32,000 nucleotides of DNA from Synechocystis sp. PCC 6803 substr. PCC-P (lineage in GTDB: Bacteria > Cyanobacteriota > Cyanobacteriia > Cyanobacteriales > Microcystaceae), in contig NC_017039.1 in the NCBI RefSeq assembly GCF_000284455.1, forward strand, positions 1,800,001 through 1,832,000, read 5' to 3'. Below the pieces are notes generated by a model. The model did no database searches and had not been told where the DNA came from. It saw only the letters and a list, made by a program, of their open reading frames with translations. This document shows, in pieces, positions 7,950 to 15,882 of this stretch. Position numbers and translations under genes: made by a program. Position 1 is the stretch's first letter. Every line of letters begins with the position of its first letter.

Positions 7950-9974
7950 TTAATCATTTTTAGCAGAATTTAATTGAGCGTATTTAGGTAGTTTAATAGT
8001 AAAGCTAGAGCCCACTCCTATTTCACTAGTTAGATAGATATCCCCCCCCATCATCTGACAAAATTTTCGGGTAATAGCTAAACCTAAGCCAGTGCCACCA
8101 TATTTACGGGTCGTGGAGGAATCTGCCTGGGTAAAAGGTTGAAATAATTTCGACATTTGTTCTTCAGTCAGACCAATTCCCGTATCTTTTACCTGAAATG
8201 AAAGCCAGTCTTTTTCGTCAACTTTGAACTCCTCAACGATAAAACTAATAATCCCATCCTTGGTAAATTTACTGGCATTACTAAGCAGATTTAGTATCCC
8301 CTGCCGTAGCTTAATTAAATCCCCATAGACTTCTTCAGATTCCAGGGAAATTTCCACCTCTAATTTATTGTTATTGTTTTTAAGCAAGGGACTGATAGTA
8401 TCAAGAATGCCTGCGATCAATTCCTTGAGGTTAAATGTCTCCAAATAGAGTTCCATTTTTCCTGCTTCAATCTTGGAGATATCTAGTAAATCATTAATTA
8501 AAGCCAACAATGACTTACCAGAACGCAAAATTTTGTCCAAGTCTGGCACCAATTCTTCTGAATCTAAGTCTTCAGCTTCTTCAATTAACATTTCACTATA
8601 ACCAATGATGGCATTCAGGGGAGTTCTCAATTCGTGGCTCATATTAGCAAGAAAAATACTTTTCGTAGCATTGGCAGCTTCGGCTTCGGAACTGGCTAAT
8701 TCCAACGCCTTGACTGTATTTTCTAACTCCTCAGTTCTTTGTTGAACCTTTTCCTCTAAACAAGAATTAGCAACTGCTAATTGTTTTTGGGCTAGCTCCA
8801 ATTCCTGATTTTTTTTCTCTAAACTAGAATTGGATTCCCGCAACTCGTTGGTCATCAAATTAAAAGATTTGGCTAGAATACCCAGTTCATCTTCTCCTAG
8901 CACTGGAGCCCTAGCCTCCCGATCGCCGGAAGATATATCAATGGCGGCTTTAGTAATAAGCAAAATTGGTTTAGTTATTTTGATGGATAATAGATAAACC
9001 GCAATTAAAAGCAAAGCTGTGCTCACCAATCCCACTAACACTAACATGCGGGTAAATCGCCTAGCCAATTCCAGGGCTTCTACCTCACTAATTTCAGTAA
9101 TTAAAGCTAAATTATATTTTTCTATCCACTGGTACACCCCCAACACTGGTGTGCCAGCATAATTAACATAGCTACCCTGGCCACTATTGCCAGCCATTAC
9201 TGAATTGATTCCCAAGCTATTAAAATTTGGTTTGGAACCATTGGCCGTCAATTTTTTGTTTTCATCCGACGCAATAAACGAAACTTGATTATTTATTTCT
9301 CCTACCAAAAACGTTTCTCCCGTGTCTCCTAATCCAGTACGTTTGCGAATTAAATCATCAACGGCATTCAAATTAATATCTATACTCAAATAACCTAGTC
9401 TTTCCCGAGTTATATCATGCTTTATGTTAGTGGCAAAGGTCATACTAGGACGATTATAAACCTTAGAGAAATAGAAATTTGGCACTGTTTTAAAATTGGA
9501 ATTAATATTGGCAAAATAAGTGGTCTGGTTGCCAATGCCTTTATAGACGCCGATTTCATCCAAGTTATTAGAAGCCACCACAATACCACCGGTGTTGAGA
9601 ATATTAATGGCTTCAATATGAGGCAGAAACAGATCAATCTCTCGCAACTCTTCAATTAATCTCTTCTGAATTATTTTATATTGAGGGTCACTAACGCTAG
9701 TGTTTTTTAGCAATTCAGTATTTGCCTGAATACTGTTAATATCACTGAGTAAAAATAATGTATCTTTTTGTCCCTCCATCCATTGCTCTAATTGATATTC
9801 TTTGAGGTTATTAGAAATATTTAGACGATTAAAGGTTTGGCTTTCTATGCCCTTAACTGCCCTGTAGTTAGCAACTAAGAAAATTGACGCCACTACCACG
9901 CTGGAAAGACAAAAATAGGAAAGTACAAATTTAAGCAGTAAACTTCTTCGCACCGACTTAATAATTGAGACCAT
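7950..9974 (-). CDS. Membrane sensor histidine kinase (TM - periplasmic Cache-like region - TM - HAMP - coiled coil - HisKA - HATPase_c)
   Basis: 674 aa. Two TM segments flank a domain of about 280 aa. HAMP-like [12 protein letters not shown]...[13 protein letters not shown]-box [20 protein letters not shown] boxes [24 protein letters not shown]. No receiver domain. Confidence 0.9.
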   Translation of the reverse strand: MVSIIKSVRRSLLLKFVLSYFCLSSVVVASIFLVANYRAVKGIESQTFNRLNISNNLKEYQLEQWMEGQKDTLFLLSDINSIQANTELLKNTSVSDPQYKIIQKRLIEELREIDLFLPHIEAINILNTGGIVVASNNLDEIGVYKGIGNQTTYFANINSNFKTVPNFYFSKVYNRPSMTFATNIKHDITRERLGYLSIDINLNAVDDLIRKRTGLGDTGETFLVGEINNQVSFIASDENKKLTANGSKPNFNSLGINSVMAGNSGQGSYVNYAGTPVLGVYQWIEKYNLALITEISEVEALELARRFTRMLVLVGLVSTALLLIAVYLLSIKITKPILLITKAAIDISSGDREARAPVLGEDELGILAKSFNLMTNELRESNSSLEKKNQELELAQKQLAVANSCLEEKVQQRTEELENTVKALELASSEAEAANATKSIFLANMSHELRTPLNAIIGYSEMLIEEAEDLDSEELVPDLDKILRSGKSLLALINDLLDISKIEAGKMELYLETFNLKELIAGILDTISPLLKNNNNKLEVEISLESEEVYGDLIKLRQGILNLLSNASKFTKDGIISFIVEEFKVDEKDWLSFQVKDTGIGLTEEQMSKLFQPFTQADSSTTRKYGGTGLGLAITRKFCQMMGGDIYLTSEIGVGSSFTIKLPKYAQLNSAKND

Positions 9975-10157
9975 GGCTAAAAATTACTCATATACAATTA
10001 CTGAAGATTTTGGTGGAAATAACACCAGCATTTCCCCCATGGGTTAAATCAGCGAAGGAACATTTCTTGTCTGGGTGAATTTTGGGGGCTAAAGATAAAC
10101 AACCTGATGGGGAATAAAACAGGGCAACTATTGCTATAATTCTAACAACTGTTCAGT

Positions 10158-10529
10158 ATGGAATCTATGGCTAAGGTTCTCCTAGTTGAAGACAATGAAA
10201 TGAATCGCGACATGCTATCCCGTCGCTTGATCCGCAAAGGATACGAGGTGGTGATAGCCGTTGACGGTGAACAGGCTGTGACCATGGCTATCTCGGAGTC
10301 TCCCCAGCTTATTCTAATGGACATGAGTCTGCCGATCATTGATGGCTGGACTGCCACTAAGCAAATTAAAGGTCATCCCGATGGAGCTCACATTCCCATC
10401 ATTGCCCTGACCGCCCATGCCATGGCCAGTGACCGAGAAAGGGCGATCGCCGCCGGTTGTGACGACTACGATACCAAGCCGATTGAAATCAAGCGTCTGT
10501 TACAAAAAATGGAGGCATTGATTAATTGA
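10158..10529 (+). CDS. Single-domain CheY-like response regulator
   Basis: 123 aa. LLVEDNEMN, acceptor Asp in ILMDMSLP, ALTAHA, DDYDTKP. No output domain. Divergent from the kinase gene across a 183-bp spacer. Confidence 0.9.
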   Translation: MESMAKVLLVEDNEMNRDMLSRRLIRKGYEVVIAVDGEQAVTMAISESPQLILMDMSLPIIDGWTATKQIKGHPDGAHIPIIALTAHAMASDRERAIAAGCDDYDTKPIEIKRLLQKMEALIN

Positions 10530-10773
10530 AGTGTTATTGATCTTTACTTTTTTGATCACCCAATTTATTAATAGTTTTCGTGAAATAATCCTTTGCCATT
10601 GGGAGCAACAAAAATTTAAAGGTGGTTATATTTTGAGTTAGCAATCATCTAGTCAGGGCATATCAAGGGTATTTAAGTTACCTAGGTCTGACAAAATTTG
10701 GGAATTATTAATTATCAGTAAAGGCTAAAATAATTCGTAAAACTAGGTTGATCAACTATAAGTTCTTTAATAA

Positions 10774-12585
10774 ATGATGAATCCTTCTATTAATTCAGTT
10801 GATATAGAAAGTGCCACCGCTTTCATTCGTCACGAGCTCAGAACTCCCATTAATGCGATTGTCGGCTATGGGGAAATGGTTCAAGAAGAGTTAGCAGAAG
10901 CCAATTCTCCCCTTACAGAAGAAATAGATACATTACTGGTGGAAGCACAGAAGTTACTTGAAATTATCAACCTATTTGTTAAGCATTCTGACGGAGAGGA
11001 TAAGTCGGATTTTCAGAAGCTTTTTTCCACCATTCCTCACAGCACTAATTTTTCCATTACTAACATCATTCTTAACTGCGATAGTTTGCTCGAAGCAGAG
11101 GAATGCACCAATGAACTTGAACTTACTGAAGATATAAGAAAAATAAAATTAGCGGCCTTACGCTTGCAGGGCTTAGTCAATAATATTGAATCAATTTTTA
11201 CCAATTTTTTAGAATCATTAAATCCCGGCAATGGAACCGGTCTATCCCCTGATTTCATCTTTCCATCTTCCTCAAATACCAATGAAATTTCCCTAGGCAA
11301 TATCAAAACTAATGGTGTTGACTCCAGGGAACTGTTAAAAGGCAAAATTCTGGTGGTAGACGATAATCCCAGCAATTTAGATTTATTTTTTCAACACTTA
11401 ACCCGCAAAGGCCATGCAGTCACCACTTGTTTAAGTGCGAAGGACGTGTTAGGTCTTCTCCAAAGTCAAAATTACGATCTAATTTTGCTGGATCTACTCA
11501 TGCCAGAAACTAATGGAGACCAGTTTTTAGAATATTTAAAAACCAGTGTAGAATTCCAGCATATTCCGGTCATTATTGTTTCAGCTTTAGATGAATTTGA
11601 GAGTATTATTCGTTGTATTGAGATGGGGGCGGAAGATTTTTTGCCCAAACCCTTCGACCCAGTATTACTCAAGGCTCGCATCGGTTCTTCCTTAGAAAAA
11701 AAGCGTTTACGGGATCAAGAAAAGTTATATACCCAACAGGTGGAAGGCCTCTCAGAAATGATGGCTAAGGAGCTAGAAAAAGGTAGACAAATGCAAAAGA
11801 ATTTTTTGCCAGCCCATTTATTAACCAGGAGCGGGTGGGAATTTTCTGCCTACTTTAGTCCGGCCCAACAACTGGCTGGAGATTTTTATGACTTATTTGA
11901 GCTTCCTGGCGATCGCCTGGGAATAGTGGTGGCGGACGTTTGTGACAAAGGGGTAGGGGCCGCATTATTTATGGGATTATTCCGCAGTTTAATTCGCATT
12001 TTTTCCGGGCAAGCGGCCCTGGATGGTTTAATCAATCCTTCTTTTAATTTGCCTAGCGGTCAGGGTCTACTAGATGTCAACCTAGACAATTTGCTCAATA
12101 ACATTAATTTTGAACCATTGGAGTCTATTAAATTAATCAATAATTACGTCGCTATTAACCATGGCGAAGCTAGTATGTTTGCCACAATTTTCTTTGGCAT
12201 TCTAGAACCTAGCAGTGGTAAATTGTCCTATATTAATGGCGGTCACGAACCGGTTTTTATTGTCGATAGTAACCACCAGTTGAAAACCAAGTTAACCTCC
12301 ACAGGACCAGCGGTGGGAATGCTGCCTGATCTGCAGTTTAAAACGGCAGAAATTATTCTACAGCCAGGAGACTTACTACTGTCCTACACCGATGGCGTAA
12401 CGGAAGCAAAATCACCCACTGGTAACTTTTTTGGCAAGGAAAAATTATTAAACGCCCTAGGCAGTTCGTTTAACTCAGTTGATCAATTAATGCTTAATAT
12501 CAAGGAGTCCCTGGAGGAACATATGGGGGAAGCTCAACAGTTTGATGACATTACTTTGCTAGCGATTAAATTTCAAACAACTTAA
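10774..12585 (+). CDS. Multidomain regulator: N-terminal HisKA-like DHp module (no ATPase domain) - receiver - PP2C/SpoIIE-type phosphatase
   Basis: 603 aa. H-box-like FIRHELRTPINAIVGYGEM at about aa 17-35. No N/G1/G2 boxes seen between aa 80 and 190. REC: ILVVDDNPSN, DLILLDLLMPETNG, LPKPF. SpoIIE/RsbU-like: LAGDFYD, VVADVCDKGVGAALFM, NGGHEP, SYTDGVTEA, DDITLLA. Confidence 0.85.
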   Translation: MMNPSINSVDIESATAFIRHELRTPINAIVGYGEMVQEELAEANSPLTEEIDTLLVEAQKLLEIINLFVKHSDGEDKSDFQKLFSTIPHSTNFSITNIILNCDSLLEAEECTNELELTEDIRKIKLAALRLQGLVNNIESIFTNFLESLNPGNGTGLSPDFIFPSSSNTNEISLGNIKTNGVDSRELLKGKILVVDDNPSNLDLFFQHLTRKGHAVTTCLSAKDVLGLLQSQNYDLILLDLLMPETNGDQFLEYLKTSVEFQHIPVIIVSALDEFESIIRCIEMGAEDFLPKPFDPVLLKARIGSSLEKKRLRDQEKLYTQQVEGLSEMMAKELEKGRQMQKNFLPAHLLTRSGWEFSAYFSPAQQLAGDFYDLFELPGDRLGIVVADVCDKGVGAALFMGLFRSLIRIFSGQAALDGLINPSFNLPSGQGLLDVNLDNLLNNINFEPLESIKLINNYVAINHGEASMFATIFFGILEPSSGKLSYINGGHEPVFIVDSNHQLKTKLTSTGPAVGMLPDLQFKTAEIILQPGDLLLSYTDGVTEAKSPTGNFFGKEKLLNALGSSFNSVDQLMLNIKESLEEHMGEAQQFDDITLLAIKFQTT

Positions 12586-13262
12586 CTATTTTTTAGAGTA
12601 GTTTCTTGCTCTAATTCTCCTTGGCAGAGGGTGAAAATACGTTGACAAAAATTTTCTAAATATTCCGGCGTATGGTTAACCATAACCATAGTGGTACCAT
12701 TTTCTTGGTTGATTAATTTTAGTTGTGTTAAAACCCTTTGGGCTAACGCCGGATCAAGAGCAGCAGTAGGTTCATCTAACAGAAGAATGCGAGGACTTAA
12801 CATGGTGGCCCGTACGATGGTAACCAACTGTCTTTGCCCCACAGAAAGCTGTAACTCATTGCGATCTAACCAATCACTGGGAATTTCCCAAATATCACAG
12901 GCCCGAATCCTTCGCCTTTGACATTCTGTTTTGCTAACTTTTTGTAATTCTAGAGGATAAATTAAGCTTTCTTCCACTGTCATACCCAAAAGTTTTGGCT
13001 CCTGGGGCACTAAAACTATTTCTTGGCGCAGTTGCTGAATCGGATATTTAGTTAAAGCTTTTCCATCATAAAAAATACTGCCCTGGCTTGCCTCTTGGAG
13101 CCGATTGAATAGCCTTAGTAAAGTGGTTTTTCCAGCCCCCGATCGCCCTTGGAGACCAATAATTTCCCCATGGTCAATGTGGAGAGAAATATTATTAAGT
13201 AAAACAGTGGCGCCAGTTATTTCAGTGGTGCTAACCCCGATTAATTTAATCAAAGAAGTCAT
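12582..13262 (-). CDS. ABC transporter ATP-binding protein (stand-alone, FetA/YbbL-like size and layout)
   Basis: 226 aa. Walker A GRSGAGKTT, signature LSVGQRQ, Walker B ILLLDEPT, H-loop VNHT. The start ATG overlaps the upstream stop (ATGA at 13259-13262). Confidence 0.88.
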   Translation of the reverse strand: MTSLIKLIGVSTTEITGATVLLNNISLHIDHGEIIGLQGRSGAGKTTLLRLFNRLQEASQGSIFYDGKALTKYPIQQLRQEIVLVPQEPKLLGMTVEESLIYPLELQKVSKTECQRRRIRACDIWEIPSDWLDRNELQLSVGQRQLVTIVRATMLSPRILLLDEPTAALDPALAQRVLTQLKLINQENGTTMVMVNHTPEYLENFCQRIFTLCQGELEQETTLKNS

Positions 13263-14332
13263 GCATTCTCCGAGGCCAAGGCCTGTTGACGAATTAATTG
13301 TTGGACCTTAGCTAGGGCTGGGTTAACTTCCACATTTTGGCGATCTGGGTTCTGCTCAAAAGCGGCTTGCTCTTGGGAAATCATGCGAATATCCTGGTCA
13401 ATCAAACCTTCTAGTAAGGGCCGGGCTGTTCCCGATAGCCAATTTTTTAAAAAACTCCTAAAGGCAACGGGTAGTTTATGTAGTTTGGGAAAAGCTTCTA
13501 GGGAAGTAAAGTGGACTAAATAGGCCTTGGTTTTGTTGGCAGAAATGGGACAAAATAGGCAGTAAATTTTAAAGTCTGCTCCCAACGTAGAGGACCAATG
13601 GGGATAGATGTAACTCACCCGCAAATTTTCTGGATGCAATCGTCTTAGGGTAGGGAAAAACAGTTGGGAAATGGACCAGATTTTATCAATTTTGTAATAA
13701 CTTTGGGCATTGTAGTCCACCACCACCTGATCGCCATTGGTTTCAATTTCCCGGAGAGAAGCAGAGGCCCAAGCCTGGTAATTATCGTGTAAATGCCCAT
13801 GGTACATATCCATTAAATTTTCAATCAGGTAGGAAAAATGACCCGGGCAATCAAAGGCGGCGAAACTACCAATGTGGTTTAAATGGTGCCATTCTGGTAT
13901 CGCCAAGGGCTCTGGTCCGTGGCTGGCAAGATGGTCTAGATCCCCTGGATAAAGCCAAATAAACCCATCTTTTTCCTGCACAGGATAGGTGCGCAAACGG
14001 CAGGGAGGAAGTTTTTGATCCTCGCTAAAATAGGGGATCTTTGCACAGTGGCCCTGGGCATCAAACTGCCAACCATGGTAAGCACATTCTAAATTATTGC
14101 CCAACACCTTCCCTTCACTCAACTTCACTTGACGATGGGGACAACGATCCTCCACCGCCCGCACCTGGCCATCCTGGTCCCGATAAATGGCGATCGCCTT
14201 TTCCCAAAGAACAATTCCCAGTGGTCCCTGACCTAATTCCCCTGCTTGGGCCACCACATACCAATGGTTGAAATTGATTGGGGTAGTACGCAGCATAGAC
14301 AATACTTGACTATGGGAAGAAAGAGCGCTCAT
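13259..14332 (-). CDS. Rieske [2Fe-2S] non-heme iron oxygenase (PaO/Tic55/CAO-like)
   Basis: Rieske motif CPHRQVKL...CAYHGWQF. Mononuclear iron motif ENLMDMYHGHLH. ATG at 14332 (MSALSS) is preferred over the TTG at 14338. Confidence 0.85.
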   Translation of the reverse strand: MSALSSHSQVLSMLRTTPINFNHWYVVAQAGELGQGPLGIVLWEKAIAIYRDQDGQVRAVEDRCPHRQVKLSEGKVLGNNLECAYHGWQFDAQGHCAKIPYFSEDQKLPPCRLRTYPVQEKDGFIWLYPGDLDHLASHGPEPLAIPEWHHLNHIGSFAAFDCPGHFSYLIENLMDMYHGHLHDNYQAWASASLREIETNGDQVVVDYNAQSYYKIDKIWSISQLFFPTLRRLHPENLRVSYIYPHWSSTLGADFKIYCLFCPISANKTKAYLVHFTSLEAFPKLHKLPVAFRSFLKNWLSGTARPLLEGLIDQDIRMISQEQAAFEQNPDRQNVEVNPALAKVQQLIRQQALASENA

Positions 14333-14481
14333 TAGCAAGCCAACAACAGCGGTAAAGGTAAAGCAAAAAACTGATCCTACCCAGGTAAGGGCCGTCCCAC
14401 ACTGGAACTAGCTTGTCACGAAAGTCCCAAGCAATCCTGCTAGAATAAGGCATTCAAAATGATTTTTCAATCTGTTCTCGT

Positions 14482-15399
14482 ATGCCTTCTTCCTCCAACA
14501 GTGCAGCCTTTTCCCTCGATGAATTTGCCAAAGCCCTTGACAAACACGACTACCATGCGGAGAAAGGTCAAACCGTCCATGGCAAAATCTGTCAGCACGC
14601 TAACGAGGGAGTCTATGTGGATTTTGGCGGTAAATCCCCTGGCTTTGTCCCTGTACAGGAATTAGGTCTACGGCCCCACGCAGAAATTGAGGATAGTTTT
14701 CCCCTAGATAGTGCCTGGGATTTCCTCGTCACCAGTGAACAAAATGACGAAGGGCAGGTAAGGCTTTCTCGACGTCAGTTGCAAATCCAGCAATCTTGGG
14801 AAAATTTGGCAGAGTTGGAGGAGAGTGGCAAAACCCTCGAAATGGTCGTCACCGGTACCAACAAAGGAGGCGTGGTGGGCGATGTGGAAGGATTGCGGGG
14901 TTTCATTCCCCGATCGCACCTTATGCACAAGGACAATATGGACGCTTTGGTGGGGCAAGTGCTCAAAGCCCATATCCTCGAGGCCAACCAGGATAACAAT
15001 AAATTGGTGTTGACCCAGCGTCGCATCCAACAGGCCGAATCCATGGGCAAAATTGCGGCGGGCAATATCTACGAAGGCAAAGTGGCTAAAATTCAGCCCT
15101 ATGGCGTGTTTGTGGAAATTGAAGGGGTAACGGGTTTACTCCATGTCAGCCAGGTGAGCGGCACCAGGGTTGATTCCCTCAATACCCTGTTCGCCTTTGG
15201 CCAAGCCATCAGTGTCTACGTCCAAGAAATTGACGAGTATAAAAATCGCATTTCCCTTTCCACCCGTATTTTGGAAACCTATCCTGGGGAATTGGTGGAA
15301 AAATTTGACGAAATGATGGCCGATGCTCCCAATCGCTTACCTCTGGTACAATCGAAGCAAAATTTGGGCGATAAACAGGAGCAACTGGAAAAAAGTTAA
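14482..15399 (+). CDS. rps1b: S1-domain RNA-binding protein, 30S ribosomal protein S1 homolog (short, 3 S1 repeats)
   Basis: 305 aa. Repeated S1/OB motifs: GKICQHANEGVYVDFGGKSPGFVP, VTGTNKGGVVGDVEGLRGFIPRSH, GKVAKIQPYGVFVEIEGVTGLLHVSQV. Confidence 0.82.
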   Translation: MPSSSNSAAFSLDEFAKALDKHDYHAEKGQTVHGKICQHANEGVYVDFGGKSPGFVPVQELGLRPHAEIEDSFPLDSAWDFLVTSEQNDEGQVRLSRRQLQIQQSWENLAELEESGKTLEMVVTGTNKGGVVGDVEGLRGFIPRSHLMHKDNMDALVGQVLKAHILEANQDNNKLVLTQRRIQQAESMGKIAAGNIYEGKVAKIQPYGVFVEIEGVTGLLHVSQVSGTRVDSLNTLFAFGQAISVYVQEIDEYKNRISLSTRILETYPGELVEKFDEMMADAPNRLPLVQSKQNLGDKQEQLEKS

Positions 15400-15527
15400 G
15401 GATAGATTTAAAGGACTCTCCCCAGTTTGAACGATGACTAAAACAGGGTACCCAGGCAACTCAGTAAAACAGTTTTAAGTACGCTTCGAGCATTATCCTC
15501 CAAGCTGGGATTGGGGAGCCAAATACC

Positions 15528-15557
15528 AAAAAGAGTCAGAGAAACTCTCCCTGACTC
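15528..15557 (-). terminator. Rho-independent terminator (minus strand) in the rps1b/dnaG convergent spacer
   Basis: On the minus-strand RNA, GAGUCAGGGA(G)-AGU-(U)UCUCUGACUC is a continuous stem of about 10 bp (using G.U pairs) followed by UUUUUGG. The plus-strand version has an A-C mismatch and no U-run. It lies 326 nt below the dnaG stop codon. Confidence 0.6.
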
Positions 15558-15882
15558 CACCAAATGTTGTTGTTGCTTGAGGAAATCTCAGTGGCGGTTT
15601 CCCAACTCGCGCAGTCTTTGATTTCTATATAGAAAATTGTAACATGGAACACGATTTTTGTAACAAAAAATAAAGTTTGGTTATTTCTGTCCCCAATTTG
15701 ATCTTAAAGCAACTAGTCTGAGACTTTATGACCGTTTTCTGCAACTACCTGAACTATGAGAATTTTGTCTTTAACTGGTTTGGGATCAGACAAAATTTTG
15801 TCCCCATATTATCGCAATAGAAGACAAGGATATTGAAAAAACTTCAATTTCTCCCCAGAGCAAAATTTGGGGAATTAGTCTA

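Noticed and set aside
7950-11400. AT-rich composition (about 30-37% GC in sampled 60-nt lines, against about 47% in psbA) of the kinase gene and the 5' half of the PP2C regulator gene, as a sign of horizontal acquisition
   Set aside because: Similar AT-richness occurs in the CysZ-like membrane protein gene. HIP1-free gaps as long or longer occur over clearly native genes (psbA-dnaG, yidC-ferredoxin). HIP1 sites are present at 10443 and 11909, and no mobility genes or repeat boundaries flank the region.
14704-15065. Cluster of four overlapping ORFs (62-108 aa, both strands) inside the S1-domain gene
   Set aside because: All lie within a well-supported S1-repeat coding region. They are an out-of-frame or antisense artefact of a stop-poor region.
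15639-15654. NtcA-like site (GTA-N8-TAC) in TGTAACATGGAACACG
   Set aside because: The distal half reads CAC, not TAC, and no properly spaced -10 box follows. The HLR1-like direct-repeat reading fits better.
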